From: a bacterium
GTDB taxonomy: Bacteria; Hinthialibacterota; Hinthialibacteria; Hinthialibacterales; Hinthialibacteraceae
DNA: 44,399 nt
Direction: 5' to 3'
Assembly: GCA_041946805.1 (NCBI GenBank)
Contig: JBHGBC010000030.1
Location: forward strand, 1-44,399
The number at the start of each line of letters is the position of its first letter. The first letter of the stretch is position 1. Of the stretch, positions 25,294-35,447 are shown piece after piece. The notes beneath the pieces are model-generated. The model made no database searches and had not been told where the DNA came from. It saw only the letters and a list, made by a program, of their open reading frames with translations. A program made the position numbers and the translations under genes.

Positions 25294-26253
25294 CTACGCG
25301 CTGGCCGGCCGGGCCTTATTTTGCGAGTGTTCCACCAGGAATTTCATGATCGCCTTTTGGCCGTGCAGCCGGTTTTCGGCCTGGTCGAAAACGATGGAGC
25401 GGGGCGACTCGAGGACGCTGCCGGTGATCTCCTCACCCCGGTGGGCGGGCAGGCAGTGCATGATCTTGGCGTGCGCCGGCGCGTGGGCCAGCAGCTCGTC
25501 GTTGACCTGATAGCCCTTGAAATCAACCAGCCGCTTGGCGGTCTCGGCCTCCTGCCCCATGCTGGTCCACACATCGGTGTAGATCGCGTCCACGCCGGCA
25601 ACGGCCTTGCGGGGACACGGCTCGAAGGTCACCAGCCCCCCGATTTCCTCGGCCATGCGGCGGCCCCGGTCGACAAACCGCGCCTCGGGCTCGTACCCGG
25701 GCGGCGTGGAGATCACCAGGTGCAGGCCCACCAGGCCGGCGATGAGGATCAGCGAGTTGCACACGTTGTTGCCGTCGCCGATGTAGGCCAATTTGAATCC
25801 CCGCAGCGAATCCCGCCCCCGGACCTGGTCCCACAGCGTGAACATGTCGGAGACCGCCTGGCAGGGATGCCCCTCGTCCGAGAGAGCGTTGATCACCGGA
25901 ACGCTGGCGTACTCGGCCATCTCCGTGATGGTGGCCTGGCGGTACACGCGGGCGACGATCAGATCCACCCAGCGCGACAGGTTGCGGGCGATGTCCTTGA
26001 CCGGCTCCCGTTTGCCCAGGTTGATGTCCTGGTTGGTCAGATACACCGCGAAGCCCCCGAGTTGCTGGATCCCCGCCTCGAAGGTCACTTTGGTGCGCAA
26101 GGATTGCTTCTCGTTGATCATCGCCATGGTCCGGCCCTGCAGGCAGGACGTATACCGCTCCGGATGATCCTTCATATCGGCCGCCAGGAGAAAAATCTCG
26201 TGCAGTTGTTGGGCATTCAGATCGGAGATGCTGCGCAAGTCCATCTTGGTCAT
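25294..26253 (-). CDS. argF: Ornithine carbamoyltransferase
   Basis: EKQSLRT, HPCQ, GDGNNV, DVWTSMGQE, HCLPAHRGEE, QAENR; in an arg cluster. Confidence 0.93.
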   Translation of the reverse strand: MTKMDLRSISDLNAQQLHEIFLLAADMKDHPERYTSCLQGRTMAMINEKQSLRTKVTFEAGIQQLGGFAVYLTNQDINLGKREPVKDIARNLSRWVDLIVARVYRQATITEMAEYASVPVINALSDEGHPCQAVSDMFTLWDQVRGRDSLRGFKLAYIGDGNNVCNSLILIAGLVGLHLVISTPPGYEPEARFVDRGRRMAEEIGGLVTFEPCPRKAVAGVDAIYTDVWTSMGQEAETAKRLVDFKGYQVNDELLAHAPAHAKIMHCLPAHRGEEITGSVLESPRSIVFDQAENRLHGQKAIMKFLVEHSQNKARPASA

Positions 26254-26303
26254 GTTGTCACCTCAAACGGTGCCGGCACCCGGGAATATCCATCCTCAAG
26301 AAT

Positions 26304-27506
26304 CTATGGACGGCCGGTCAGGAATTCGTCCAGCGCGTCGGCGGAGGCCAGCAGTTCGTTTTCGTCCACGATCAAGGGCGGCAAAAACCGCAGCACATCG
26401 GGACCCGCCACGCCCGCCAAAATCCCGCGCTCACGCAGAAACGCCTGCGCCTCGGCGGCGGGAAACGCCAGCTGCACGCCGATCATCAGGCCCAGGCCCC
26501 GGACTTCCACGATGGCCGCGTGCTTCCGCTGCAGCTGGAGCAGCCGCTCCTTGAACCGCCCGCCCACGGCCTGGCTGCGCTCGGGCAGTTTCTCATCCAG
26601 CAGGGTTTGAAACGCCGCCACCCCTGCCGCGCACGACAGGGGATTGCCCCCGAACGTGGCCGCGTGCGTGCCCGCCACCAGCGCTTTCGCCGGCTCCTCT
26701 TTCGCCAGCATCGCCCCGATGGGCACGCCGCCCGCCAGGCTTTTGGCCAGGGTGATGACGTCCGGCTCCACGCCGAATTCGTCCGCCGCGAAGAGGCGCC
26801 CGCTGCGCCCCAGCCCGCACTGAATCTCGTCGAACATCAAGAGCAGGTTATGTTGATCGCACAGCTCGCGGACGCCACGCAGGTACTCCGGCCGGCAGGG
26901 ATGGATTCCGCCCTCGCCCTGCACCGGCTCCAGCAGCACGGCGCAGACCGTCCCGTCCACCGCCGCCCGCAGCGCCGCGAGATCGTTGATGGGCACGTTC
27001 ACGAACCGTTCCAGCATGGGCTCGAAGCCCTTCTGGTACTTGGTCTGCCCGGTGGCCGAGAGCGATCCCAGGGTGCGGCCGTGGAACGAGTTTTGCAGCG
27101 TGATGAGGGTATGCCGCCCCGGCCCGTGCCGGTCGTACGAGTACCGGCGGGCCAGCTTGATCGCCGCCTCCACCGCCTCGGTCCCGCTGTTGCAGAAGAA
27201 CACCCGGTCCGCCGGGCTGTGCTCCACCAACAGCTTCGCCAGCCGCACCTGCGGCTCGATGAGGTACAAATTCGAGACGTGCAGGAGCGTCTGGGCCTGC
27301 TTCTGGATGGCCGCCACCACCTTCGGATGGCAATGCCCCAGATTGTTGACGCCCAAGCCGCACAAAAGATCCAGGTACCGCCGGCCTTCCTGGTCCCACA
27401 CGTACGCTCCCTGCCCGCGCGTCAGCGCCAGGTTGCGGGGGCCGTAATTCTGCACCAGATACTTCTCGGCCTGCGCCTGGATGGATTCGGTCTCTGTGGT
27501 CATCAT
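26304..27506 (-). CDS. argD: Acetylornithine aminotransferase
   Basis: FFCNSGTEAVEAAIKLAR, SFHGRT, EPVQGEGG, DEIQCGLGRSG, TLAKSLAGGVPIGA, TFGGNPL. Confidence 0.93.
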   Translation of the reverse strand: MMTTETESIQAQAEKYLVQNYGPRNLALTRGQGAYVWDQEGRRYLDLLCGLGVNNLGHCHPKVVAAIQKQAQTLLHVSNLYLIEPQVRLAKLLVEHSPADRVFFCNSGTEAVEAAIKLARRYSYDRHGPGRHTLITLQNSFHGRTLGSLSATGQTKYQKGFEPMLERFVNVPINDLAALRAAVDGTVCAVLLEPVQGEGGIHPCRPEYLRGVRELCDQHNLLLMFDEIQCGLGRSGRLFAADEFGVEPDVITLAKSLAGGVPIGAMLAKEEPAKALVAGTHAATFGGNPLSCAAGVAAFQTLLDEKLPERSQAVGGRFKERLLQLQRKHAAIVEVRGLGLMIGVQLAFPAAEAQAFLRERGILAGVAGPDVLRFLPPLIVDENELLASADALDEFLTGRP

Positions 27507-27531
27507 CCCTCTTCCTTGCTTCCCTGAATGA

Positions 27532-28419
27532 TCAGGCGTCCGGGAACACCTGGGTTCCCACGCCCGTGTCCGTAAACAGTTCCAACAACACCGAATGGGG
27601 CACGCGCCCGTCGATGATATGCGTCTTGCGCACGCCGCCGCTCAGGGCGCGCAGGCAGGCCTTCAACTTGGGGATCATCCCGCCCGCCGCCTTCCCGTTG
27701 GCGATCAACAGGCCGGCCTCGCCCGCCGAGAGCGACGTGATCATCGAATCCGGATCGTTCTTGTCCCGCAGCACTCCGGGAATGTCCGAGAGCAGGATCA
27801 GCCGCTCCGCCTTCAGGGCCCGCGCGATCTCCCCGGCGATGGTGTCGGCGTTGATGTTGTATGCGTTGCCGTCCGGCCCCATGCCCACCGGCGAGATCAC
27901 CGGGATGAAGCCGCCCTCCTCCAGCGTGTTCAACACCTTGGGATTGATCGCTTCCACCTCGCCGACGAACCCGATGTCGATCTCCTGCGCGGGATTGGCG
28001 AGGCTGTGGTGCACCAGCTTGCGCGCGCGGATCAGGTTGGCGTCCTTCCCCGACAGGTTCACCGCCCGGCCGCCCTCCAGGTTGATCCGCGCCACGATGT
28101 CCTTGCCCACGTAACCGGTCAGCACCATCTCGGCGATGTCGATGGTCTCCTTGTCCGTGACCCGCAATCCGTCCACGAACTGCGTGTCCTTCCCCAGCCG
28201 CCTCATCAGGTCCGTCACCTGCGGCCCCCCGCCGTGGACCACGATCGGCCGCATGCCCACGTAATCCAGCAGCACGATGTCCCGGCAGAATTCCTGGTTC
28301 AACGCCTCGTTGACCATGGCCGCCCCGCCGTACTTGATTACGATCGTCTTCTGGTAGAACTTGCGGATATAGGGAAGGGCCTCGATCAAGTGCCGGGAAA
28401 AGAGTTCGCGGTCTTCCAT
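27532..28419 (-). CDS. argB: Acetylglutamate kinase (N-helix, arginine-sensitive type)
   Basis: LIEALPYIRKF..KTIVIKYGGAAM, VHGGGPQ, GLRVTD, NINAD, GGMIPK, ELFTDTGVGT; start ATG 28419. Confidence 0.96.
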   Translation of the reverse strand: MEDRELFSRHLIEALPYIRKFYQKTIVIKYGGAAMVNEALNQEFCRDIVLLDYVGMRPIVVHGGGPQVTDLMRRLGKDTQFVDGLRVTDKETIDIAEMVLTGYVGKDIVARINLEGGRAVNLSGKDANLIRARKLVHHSLANPAQEIDIGFVGEVEAINPKVLNTLEEGGFIPVISPVGMGPDGNAYNINADTIAGEIARALKAERLILLSDIPGVLRDKNDPDSMITSLSAGEAGLLIANGKAAGGMIPKLKACLRALSGGVRKTHIIDGRVPHSVLLELFTDTGVGTQVFPDA

Positions 28420-28433
28420 GGTGATTCGTCCCG

Positions 28434-29315
28434 TCAATAAATGACCTTGTTGAGCGGATACTCGATGATCCCCTCGGCCCCCGCGCGCTTGAGATCGGGG
28501 ATCATCTCCCGCACGATCTTCTCGTCCACGATGATCTCCAGGGCGCGCCAGCCCTCCTGGTGCAGATGCGACACGGTCGGATTGGTGATGCCCGAGGGCA
28601 GCACGCGCAGCACCTCCTCCAGCCGGGCCAGGGGCACGTTCATTTTCAATCCCACTTTCTCGCCCGCGGTGATGGCCGCCTGCAGGAGCATGAAGATCCG
28701 CTCCAGCTTGTCCCGCTTCCAGGCGTCGTTCCAGGCACCGTGGTGGCTGATCAACTTGGTCTGCGACTCGAACAGCGTCTCCACGATGCGCAGGTTGTTC
28801 GCCCGCAGCGACGAGCCGGTCTCCGTCACGTCCACGATGGCGTCCACCAGGTGGGGCACTTTCACTTCCGTCGCCCCCCACGAAAACTCCACCTCCGCCT
28901 CCACCCCGTTCTCCCGCAGGTAGCGCCGCGTGGCGTTGACCAGTTCGGTGGCGATCCGCTTCCCCTGCAAATCCCGCACGCTCTGAAACGGCGACTGCTC
29001 GTGCACCGCCAGCACCCAGCGCACCGGCTGCGGCGTGGCCTTCGAATACATCAGCGTGCCCACTTCCTGCACGTCCGAATCGTTCTCCCGGATCCAATCG
29101 TAGCCGGTGATGCCGGCGTCCAGCACGCCGCTCTCCACGTAGCGCGAAATCTCCTGCGCCCGGATCAGCACCACGGACAGGTCCGGATCGTCGATGCTTG
29201 GGTAGTACGACCGCTCGCGCACGGCCAGCGTGTACCCGGCCTTGCGGAACAGATCGAACGTGGCTTGTTGCAGGCTACCCTTGGGCAGCCCCAGTTTGAG
29301 GAGTTTCGGGGACAT
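28434..29315 (-). CDS. hisG: ATP phosphoribosyltransferase (long form)
   Basis: [50 protein letters not shown]-terminal regulatory domain. Confidence 0.96.
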   Translation of the reverse strand: MSPKLLKLGLPKGSLQQATFDLFRKAGYTLAVRERSYYPSIDDPDLSVVLIRAQEISRYVESGVLDAGITGYDWIRENDSDVQEVGTLMYSKATPQPVRWVLAVHEQSPFQSVRDLQGKRIATELVNATRRYLRENGVEAEVEFSWGATEVKVPHLVDAIVDVTETGSSLRANNLRIVETLFESQTKLISHHGAWNDAWKRDKLERIFMLLQAAITAGEKVGLKMNVPLARLEEVLRVLPSGITNPTVSHLHQEGWRALEIIVDEKIVREMIPDLKRAGAEGIIEYPLNKVIY

Positions 29316-30459
29316 GCGGTTGAACCGGCTCCGTTCCTTCCAGAATCGTCACGCGCGTGCCGTACGTGACCAGTTTGTAGAGTTCCTCGACATCCGCGTT
29401 GTGCATGCGGATGCAGCCGGCGCTTTTGGGCTTGCCGATGGTGTCGGGCGCGTTGGTCCCGTGGATGCCCAGGCTGCTGCCGATGCCCATCCACCGCGAT
29501 CCCAGGGCGTTGTCGGGATGGCCGGCGGGCAGGACGCCGCCGTCGGGCCGGTACCAGGTGGGATTGATCTCCTTGTTGATGATCTTGTATTCATTGGCGG
29601 GCGTCTTGTAACTTTGTTCGCCCACGCCCACGGGATACCACTTGATGAACCGGCCGCTCTCGGTGAGCAGGTCCAGGCGGCAGCGCAATTTATTCACCAC
29701 GATCCAGAACGGCTCCTTGGGGACCTTGATCCGCCGGCCGGGCCGCAGGTTGTTGGCCTTGATCTTGTTCGCCTCGGTGACGAACCAGGCGGTGGTTTTG
29801 AACTTTTGTCCGATGGAGACGGCGGCGTCGCCCTTCTCGATGGTGTACAACTGCGAGAACTCGTCCAACACCGGCGACCACAGCAGATCCGTGTTGATCT
29901 TCGACAACTGGTCCTTGGCCTCGGCCACGACCTCGAAATCCGTCGCCGACTGGATGATCTGGTAATACATCTCCCGCGCCTTGGGGATGTTGTTCTCCAA
30001 CTCGTAGGTGCGGGCGATGCCCACCCGCGCCTTGCCCCGCACCACGGGAGGGCCCTGCTTCTCGAGTTTGTCGTACGTCTCCCGCGCCTGCGCCGGGCTG
30101 TTCTTCTCCAACGTCCGGGCCAGCTTCAACTGGGCCTCCAGGGCGTAGGGGCTGCGGGGAAACTCCTGGGCCAGCCGGATCAACAGATCCTTGGCTTCGT
30201 CATGGCCGGCTCCTTCGTACGCTTCCGCCAGCAGGAACAGGGCCGCGTCCGCCTGGCTGAAACTCCGCCCGTATTGCACCACGGGCAGCATCTGCTTGAT
30301 GGCGCGGTCGTAATCCTTCGACTCCAGCAGCGCCTTGGCCATGTGGAAGCGGTCCAGGTTCTCCTGATCGGCCTTGCGGTTCTGGTAGAGATAATAGGCC
30401 CCGCCCAAGGCCCCCATCAGCAGCACGATCAGCAGCAGGATGGCCAGTTTCCGTGTCAT
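29275..30459 (-). CDS. L,D-transpeptidase (YkuD) with N-terminal anchor, TPR-like repeats and LysM
   Basis: TM anchor [19 protein letters not shown]-like helices; LysM YTIEKGD...[17 protein letters not shown]...TP...NPTW...LGSRWM...GIHGT...SAGCIRM; AAGGAG RBS. Confidence 0.9.
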   Translation of the reverse strand: MTRKLAILLLIVLLMGALGGAYYLYQNRKADQENLDRFHMAKALLESKDYDRAIKQMLPVVQYGRSFSQADAALFLLAEAYEGAGHDEAKDLLIRLAQEFPRSPYALEAQLKLARTLEKNSPAQARETYDKLEKQGPPVVRGKARVGIARTYELENNIPKAREMYYQIIQSATDFEVVAEAKDQLSKINTDLLWSPVLDEFSQLYTIEKGDAAVSIGQKFKTTAWFVTEANKIKANNLRPGRRIKVPKEPFWIVVNKLRCRLDLLTESGRFIKWYPVGVGEQSYKTPANEYKIINKEINPTWYRPDGGVLPAGHPDNALGSRWMGIGSSLGIHGTNAPDTIGKPKSAGCIRMHNADVEELYKLVTYGTRVTILEGTEPVQPHVPETPQTGAAQG

Positions 30460-30559
30460 GTCGATCTCCTTTGCACTGCGCCCGCCGGCGTCCAATCCCG
30501 GATCGGATGGGACCGCCCGGCTGGCGGGGGGACTGATGGCGCGCTTCCGGATCGGGGAT

Positions 30560-30593
30560 AAAAGGAAATACCCGCCTCGCGGGGAAGCGGGTC
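30560..30593 (-). terminator. Probable Rho-independent terminator after secDF
   Basis: Minus strand ACCCGCTTCCCCGCGAGGCGGGT followed by ATTTCCTTTT. Confidence 0.55.
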
Positions 30594-30634
30594 GATTCGG
30601 CCAGGCATCGTCGAATCGCTGAAATGTTCCCGGT

Positions 30635-33283
30635 CTAGGAGACCAGGGCGGGCTGCCGTTCCCGTTGCCGCTTCCTCGCCGGGGTTTCGGCCACAGGCTC
30701 CGCCGGCCCCATCAGCAACAGCACGGGGCTGGCCACGAAGATGGACGAATAGGTCCCGATGACGATCCCGACTAACAACACGAACGCGAAATCGTGGATC
30801 ACCGGCCCGCCGAACAGGAACAGCGCCACCAGCACCATCAGGGTGCTCCCGCCCGTGATGATCGTCCGCGACAAGGTTTGATTGATGCTCGTGTTCACCG
30901 TCTCCCGGAAATTCAGGACCGCGGAGGTGTAGTTCTCCCGCACCCGGTCGAACACCACGATGGTGTCGTTGATCGAATACCCCAACACGGTCAGCAGGGC
31001 CGCCACGACGGGCAGGTTGAACTCCGTCCCGGAGATGGCGATCAGCCCCAGGGTGAAAAACAGATCGTGGAACAGCGCGATGACCGCCGCCGCGGCGAAC
31101 CGGAACTCGAAACGGATCGTGATGTAGATCAACAGCCCGATGCTCGAGAAGATCAGACAGTTGATCCCCTTATACAGCAGTTCGCTTCCGACTTTCGCTC
31201 CCACGCTCTCGGACGAGATCGTCTGGAAGGGATTGCCAGGAATGGCCTGCTTCACCATCCCCGCCAGCGCTTCCGGCGATTCCACCACCCCGCCCCGCAC
31301 CCGGATCAGGACCTGGTTGGCCTCGCCCAGCACCTGCTGGATGGTGACGTCGTTCACGCCTTCCCGGGACAAGCCGTCCCGCACGTCCTGGACGTTGACC
31401 GGCTTTTCGAACTGGACCAGCACTTCATCCCCGCCCGCGAAGTCGATTCCCTGGATATTGCCCCAGTTGAAGACCAGCAGCAGCATCCCCGCCACGCCGA
31501 TCGTCCAGGTGATTCCCATCATCGTGTTCGCGTTTTTGAAGAAATCGTAATGCGTGTCATGGAACAGGCGGATGGTGCCCAGCGACAGGTCCTTGGCCCC
31601 GCGCATCACGATGATGTCCTGGATCACCCGGCACACGAAAATCGCCGTGAACATCGAGATCAAAATGCCCAGGGACAAGGTCACCGCGAATCCCTTGAGC
31701 GGCCCCGTCCCGAACTGGAACAGCACCAGCGCGGTGATCAGCGTCGTCAGGTTCGAGTCGAAGATGGTCATGAACGCGCGGCTGTAGCCCTTGTCCAGAA
31801 CCAGCTGCAAGGTCTTCGAGCGCTTGCTGCGCATCTCCTCGCGCAACCGCTCGAAGATCAGCACGTTGGCGTCCGTGGCCATGCCGATGGTCAGGAAGAT
31901 CCCCGCCATGCCGGGCAGCGTCAGCGTGGCCTTGAACATGGCCATGCCCGCCAGCAGGTAGAAAATGTTCAACAACACGGCGAAATCGGCGATCACCCCG
32001 GCCCCCGCGTAATAAATCACCATGAAGGCCAGCGCGAAAATGCTGCCGATCAATCCGCTGTACAACCCATAGCGGATCGAATCCTGCCCCAGCGAGGGGC
32101 CCACCACCCGGCTCTGGGCCACTTCCATGGGCGCGGGCAGCGCGCCGGCCCGCAGCACCACCGCGATCTGCTTGGCTTCATCGTAACTGTCGATGCCGGT
32201 GATGCTCGCCTTGTCCGACCGGATGCGGTCTTGAATCCGCGGCGCGGTATACACCTGGTCGTTCATCACGACGGCCATGTGCTCGCCCACGTTCTGGCCC
32301 GTGACCCGCGTGAAGATCTCCTCGCCCTTGGAGTCGAAGTCCAGCATGACTTCCGGACGGTTCGACATCGGGTCGAAGTAGACCCAGGCGCTCTCCAGCA
32401 GATCCCCGGTCAGCTCCGCCCGGGACCGCAGCAAATACAAGTATTTGTGCGTATAGTTGATCCACTGGTTGGCGGGCGTCTCCCCGCCCCACTTGAACAT
32501 GTATTCCCGGGGGATCAGGCTTTGCACCACGGGCCGCTTGAGGATCTGATCCACCAGCCGCACGTTGTCCGGCGACTCGGCCGCCACCGCCGCCACGTAG
32601 GGATCGGCGTTCGGCACCAGCCCGCGGAAATCCTCCGGCACCGCGTCGTCGATATCGGCCACCAGCGTACCTAATTCGTTCCGGGGCGCCACAATATGAA
32701 AACTCAACTCCGCGTCCGCCTTGACCAGTTCGGCCACCTGGTCCGGATTGTTGAATCCCGGCATCTCCAATACGATGCGCCAGGGCGGCTGCTTCACCAG
32801 CGCCACTTCCGACACGCCGAACGCGTCCACGCGGTTCTCGATCACCGCCATCGCGCCGTCCAGCACGGTCTGCTCGGCGTAATTGATCTCGTTTTCCGAC
32901 TTGTTCTGTTCCTTCAGCTTCGCCAGGAACTTGTCCCGGTTCACGTCCAGCGCCAGGTGCACGCCACCTTGCAGGTCCAAACCCAGCCGGATGGCGTCAT
33001 CCCGCAGCCCGCGGAAGCGGCGGGTTTCCTCCTTGATTTGCGCCACGGTGGCGGCCGCCTCGGTCTTGGCTTTCTCGATCTCCGCGGGTTCCGTGTCCCG
33101 TTGGTCGATGACCGCCTGGAGGCTTTCCAGCTTCGTTTCCAACTCCGCGATTTGGGGTGACTTGAGCGTGTTGCGGGCCACGGGTTCGTAGGAATAGAAT
33201 TCCAGGGTCGGCAACAACATCCACAGCGATAAAAGGAGTGTGAAAACGATGAACGCAATTTTCCAAACTGGCAACTTCGGCAT
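30635..33283 (-). CDS. secDF: Protein translocase subunit SecDF (fused)
   Basis: LGLDLQGG, RVDAFGVSE, LRAGALPAP, VGPSLG, DANVLIFER; SecF part GIDFAGG, GYSINDTIVVFDRVRE, QTLSRTIIT, GTYSSIFVA. Confidence 0.96.
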   Translation of the reverse strand: MPKLPVWKIAFIVFTLLLSLWMLLPTLEFYSYEPVARNTLKSPQIAELETKLESLQAVIDQRDTEPAEIEKAKTEAAATVAQIKEETRRFRGLRDDAIRLGLDLQGGVHLALDVNRDKFLAKLKEQNKSENEINYAEQTVLDGAMAVIENRVDAFGVSEVALVKQPPWRIVLEMPGFNNPDQVAELVKADAELSFHIVAPRNELGTLVADIDDAVPEDFRGLVPNADPYVAAVAAESPDNVRLVDQILKRPVVQSLIPREYMFKWGGETPANQWINYTHKYLYLLRSRAELTGDLLESAWVYFDPMSNRPEVMLDFDSKGEEIFTRVTGQNVGEHMAVVMNDQVYTAPRIQDRIRSDKASITGIDSYDEAKQIAVVLRAGALPAPMEVAQSRVVGPSLGQDSIRYGLYSGLIGSIFALAFMVIYYAGAGVIADFAVLLNIFYLLAGMAMFKATLTLPGMAGIFLTIGMATDANVLIFERLREEMRSKRSKTLQLVLDKGYSRAFMTIFDSNLTTLITALVLFQFGTGPLKGFAVTLSLGILISMFTAIFVCRVIQDIIVMRGAKDLSLGTIRLFHDTHYDFFKNANTMMGITWTIGVAGMLLLVFNWGNIQGIDFAGGDEVLVQFEKPVNVQDVRDGLSREGVNDVTIQQVLGEANQVLIRVRGGVVESPEALAGMVKQAIPGNPFQTISSESVGAKVGSELLYKGINCLIFSSIGLLIYITIRFEFRFAAAAVIALFHDLFFTLGLIAISGTEFNLPVVAALLTVLGYSINDTIVVFDRVRENYTSAVLNFRETVNTSINQTLSRTIITGGSTLMVLVALFLFGGPVIHDFAFVLLVGIVIGTYSSIFVASPVLLLMGPAEPVAETPARKRQRERQPALVS

Positions 33284-33366
33284 AATGGGAATACACTCCT
33301 TCGGGAACCTTGAGAGAAGAGTCGTTTGCGTCCGCGGCATCGGAACGAAAGGCCACGAAAAAATAA

Positions 33367-33395
33367 AATGTACATTCGGAACCAGGGGCTGTCAA
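33367..33395 (-). promoter_or_regulatory. Sigma70 promoter of secDF
   Basis: Minus strand TTGACA-17-TACATT. Confidence 0.65.
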
Positions 33396-33441
33396 CGTGC
33401 GCGATAAACCGGTTACCCCCACTCCCACGGCGCCTTCGGCC

Positions 33442-35439
33442 ATGAATAACGATTCACCCCCCCCGCACCGGACGGGGAAGTGTTTCCCGCCGCCGGGAAT
33501 CTTATTCGGATTGGGCTTGTCCCTCTTACTCCTGCTCGTCACGCGGGTGCGGATCGCGCCGCCGGACCTGGCCTTCTATTACGCGTTCGCCCGCTCGCTG
33601 GTTTACGGCCCCGATTTTTCCTTCGCCGACGAATACGCCCGCTTCCCCTTCGCTTTCCACGAGCTCTATTTAACTTCCCAAGGCCTTCCCGCCAATGACT
33701 GGCCCATGGGCACGGGCGTGCTCTGGATTCCCTTTCTCCTCCTGGGCCGCCTGGCCGCCCTCGTCTTCCCCTTCCTGGCTCCCCAACCAGCCCCCGGCGG
33801 CTTCTCCTGGTTCGATCAATGGATTGTCACCTTTGGCTCCACCCTGCTTTACGGCGGGGGGACGTTATGGCTCTCCGCCCTGTACGCCCGGCGCGCGGGC
33901 CTCAGCCGCCCGGCGGTGCTGTGGGCCACGGGACTGATGGCCGTGGGCAGTTCCTTCTCCTACCACCTCTTCGTCAATTCGGCCGATTCCCACCCCCCCT
34001 CGGCCTTTTTCATCGTGCTGTTTTTGCTCTCCTGGCAATCGCTCCGGTCCCATCCCTCCCCCGGACGCCTGTTCCAGGCCGGGTGCGCCCTCGGCCTGGC
34101 CGGACTGGTCCGCCCCCACAACTTCCTTTACCTGCTCACGCCCCTCATCGACCGTCTGCTATCCCGGCGGGAACCGGAAAACGCCCCCGCGTCACGTCCG
34201 GTTTCCTTGCCCGGCTGGCTGGCCCTGGCGGCCGGCGCGTTCCTGGCCTTCTTCCCGCAACTGCTGGTCTGGAAGACGCTCTACGGCTCCTGGCTGGCCC
34301 TCCCCCGGAGCGAAGAGGTCCTCTGGATCCGTCCGGAACTGTACAACACCCTCTTCTCCGACTTCCACGGGATGATTTCCTGGTCCCCCCTCTTCGGGAT
34401 CGGCCTGCTGGGCCTGTTTCTCTCCCGGCGCTGGCTTTCCCTCCTGCCGCCGGTTCTTCTGCAACTCTATATCTATTCCTGCAACCTGGCCTGGTGGTCG
34501 GGCGGCTCGTTCGGCAACCGCCGCATGATCGGCTGCGTCCCCCTCTTCATCCTGGGATTGGCCGCGCTGTTCGACGCCATTCCCAAGGCCTGGCTGAAAC
34601 TCGTGGCTACGCTGGCCGCGGCCTGGACGCTCTCCCTCTGGCTTGCCGAAGTGGGAGGAACCATCCAGCTGGACCACTACCAACCCTGGCCGGAAATCCT
34701 GCGGGCGGTTCCCGCGGGATTCCCGCCGGGTTTGCAACACTTCTTCACGCTGCCCGAATGGGGCGCGAAAACCCCCGCCCGCCTCCTGGGCGGGTTTCTT
34801 GTCACCGGCCTTCTGGCCGCCGCCTGGGCCTGGGGCCCGCGCCTCCGCCAAGCCCCGCGCTCCTGGACTCCCTGGCTCCTGGCCCTGCTCATCGGCCTGG
34901 ACGGATTCTGCTCCGCGGCCGCGCTGCGCACTCCCCAGGCGGTGCAGTCCGCCGATCTCTCCGCCTACCGGACTTGGGACCGCTTCACCTGGATTGTCTA
35001 TTACGAAAAAGGTTACTATCTTCTGCGTCAGGAACGGTATGCCGAGGCGCTCACGGACATGCTCGCCGCCGCCCTGACCGAACCCCGCTTTCCCGAGCCG
35101 TGGATGTATGCTTCGTATATTTGCGAGATAGAATACAAATGGAAAACGCAATCCTACCACCTGGGCCGGATGGCCGTCCGGTATGGGAAGGATACGCCCG
35201 AGTTTTTGTCCTTTTTTGACAAACTGCTTACCGAACTCCTGGTACTCCATCCCGAATGGCGCGCCATGGTGTATACCCAGCGGGGCGTGGTCCGTGGCTT
35301 GGGAGGATCGTTCGGCCCCGCCCGGGACGATTTTAACGCCGCCCTGGCCATCGAAGCCGGTTACCCCCCGGCCGTGAAAAACCTCGCGGTGCTCGAAGCC
35401 CGGCGGCGGGGGGAAAGAACGCCCTTCTATTGGGAGTAG
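33442..35439 (+). CDS. GT-C-type polytopic membrane glycosyltransferase-like protein with C-terminal TPR-like region
   Basis: PDLAFYYAFARSL after TM1, LAGLVRP.N, LFSDFHGMISWSPL, WWSGGSFGNRR; TPR-like C-terminus. Start uncertain (33397/33442). Confidence 0.75.
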   Translation: MNNDSPPPHRTGKCFPPPGILFGLGLSLLLLLVTRVRIAPPDLAFYYAFARSLVYGPDFSFADEYARFPFAFHELYLTSQGLPANDWPMGTGVLWIPFLLLGRLAALVFPFLAPQPAPGGFSWFDQWIVTFGSTLLYGGGTLWLSALYARRAGLSRPAVLWATGLMAVGSSFSYHLFVNSADSHPPSAFFIVLFLLSWQSLRSHPSPGRLFQAGCALGLAGLVRPHNFLYLLTPLIDRLLSRREPENAPASRPVSLPGWLALAAGAFLAFFPQLLVWKTLYGSWLALPRSEEVLWIRPELYNTLFSDFHGMISWSPLFGIGLLGLFLSRRWLSLLPPVLLQLYIYSCNLAWWSGGSFGNRRMIGCVPLFILGLAALFDAIPKAWLKLVATLAAAWTLSLWLAEVGGTIQLDHYQPWPEILRAVPAGFPPGLQHFFTLPEWGAKTPARLLGGFLVTGLLAAAWAWGPRLRQAPRSWTPWLLALLIGLDGFCSAAALRTPQAVQSADLSAYRTWDRFTWIVYYEKGYYLLRQERYAEALTDMLAAALTEPRFPEPWMYASYICEIEYKWKTQSYHLGRMAVRYGKDTPEFLSFFDKLLTELLVLHPEWRAMVYTQRGVVRGLGGSFGPARDDFNAALAIEAGYPPAVKNLAVLEARRRGERTPFYWE

Positions 35440-35447
35440 ATCCATCC

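Noticed and set aside
25294..26253. N-acetyl/N-succinylornithine carbamoyltransferase because of SLRT instead of STRT
   Set aside because: The DxxxSMG loop and HCLP motif are those of canonical ornithine carbamoyltransferase.
27532..29097. 521-aa ORF suggesting an N-terminally extended ArgB
   Set aside because: The extension is an alternate frame within hisG; ArgB homology begins at ATG 28419.
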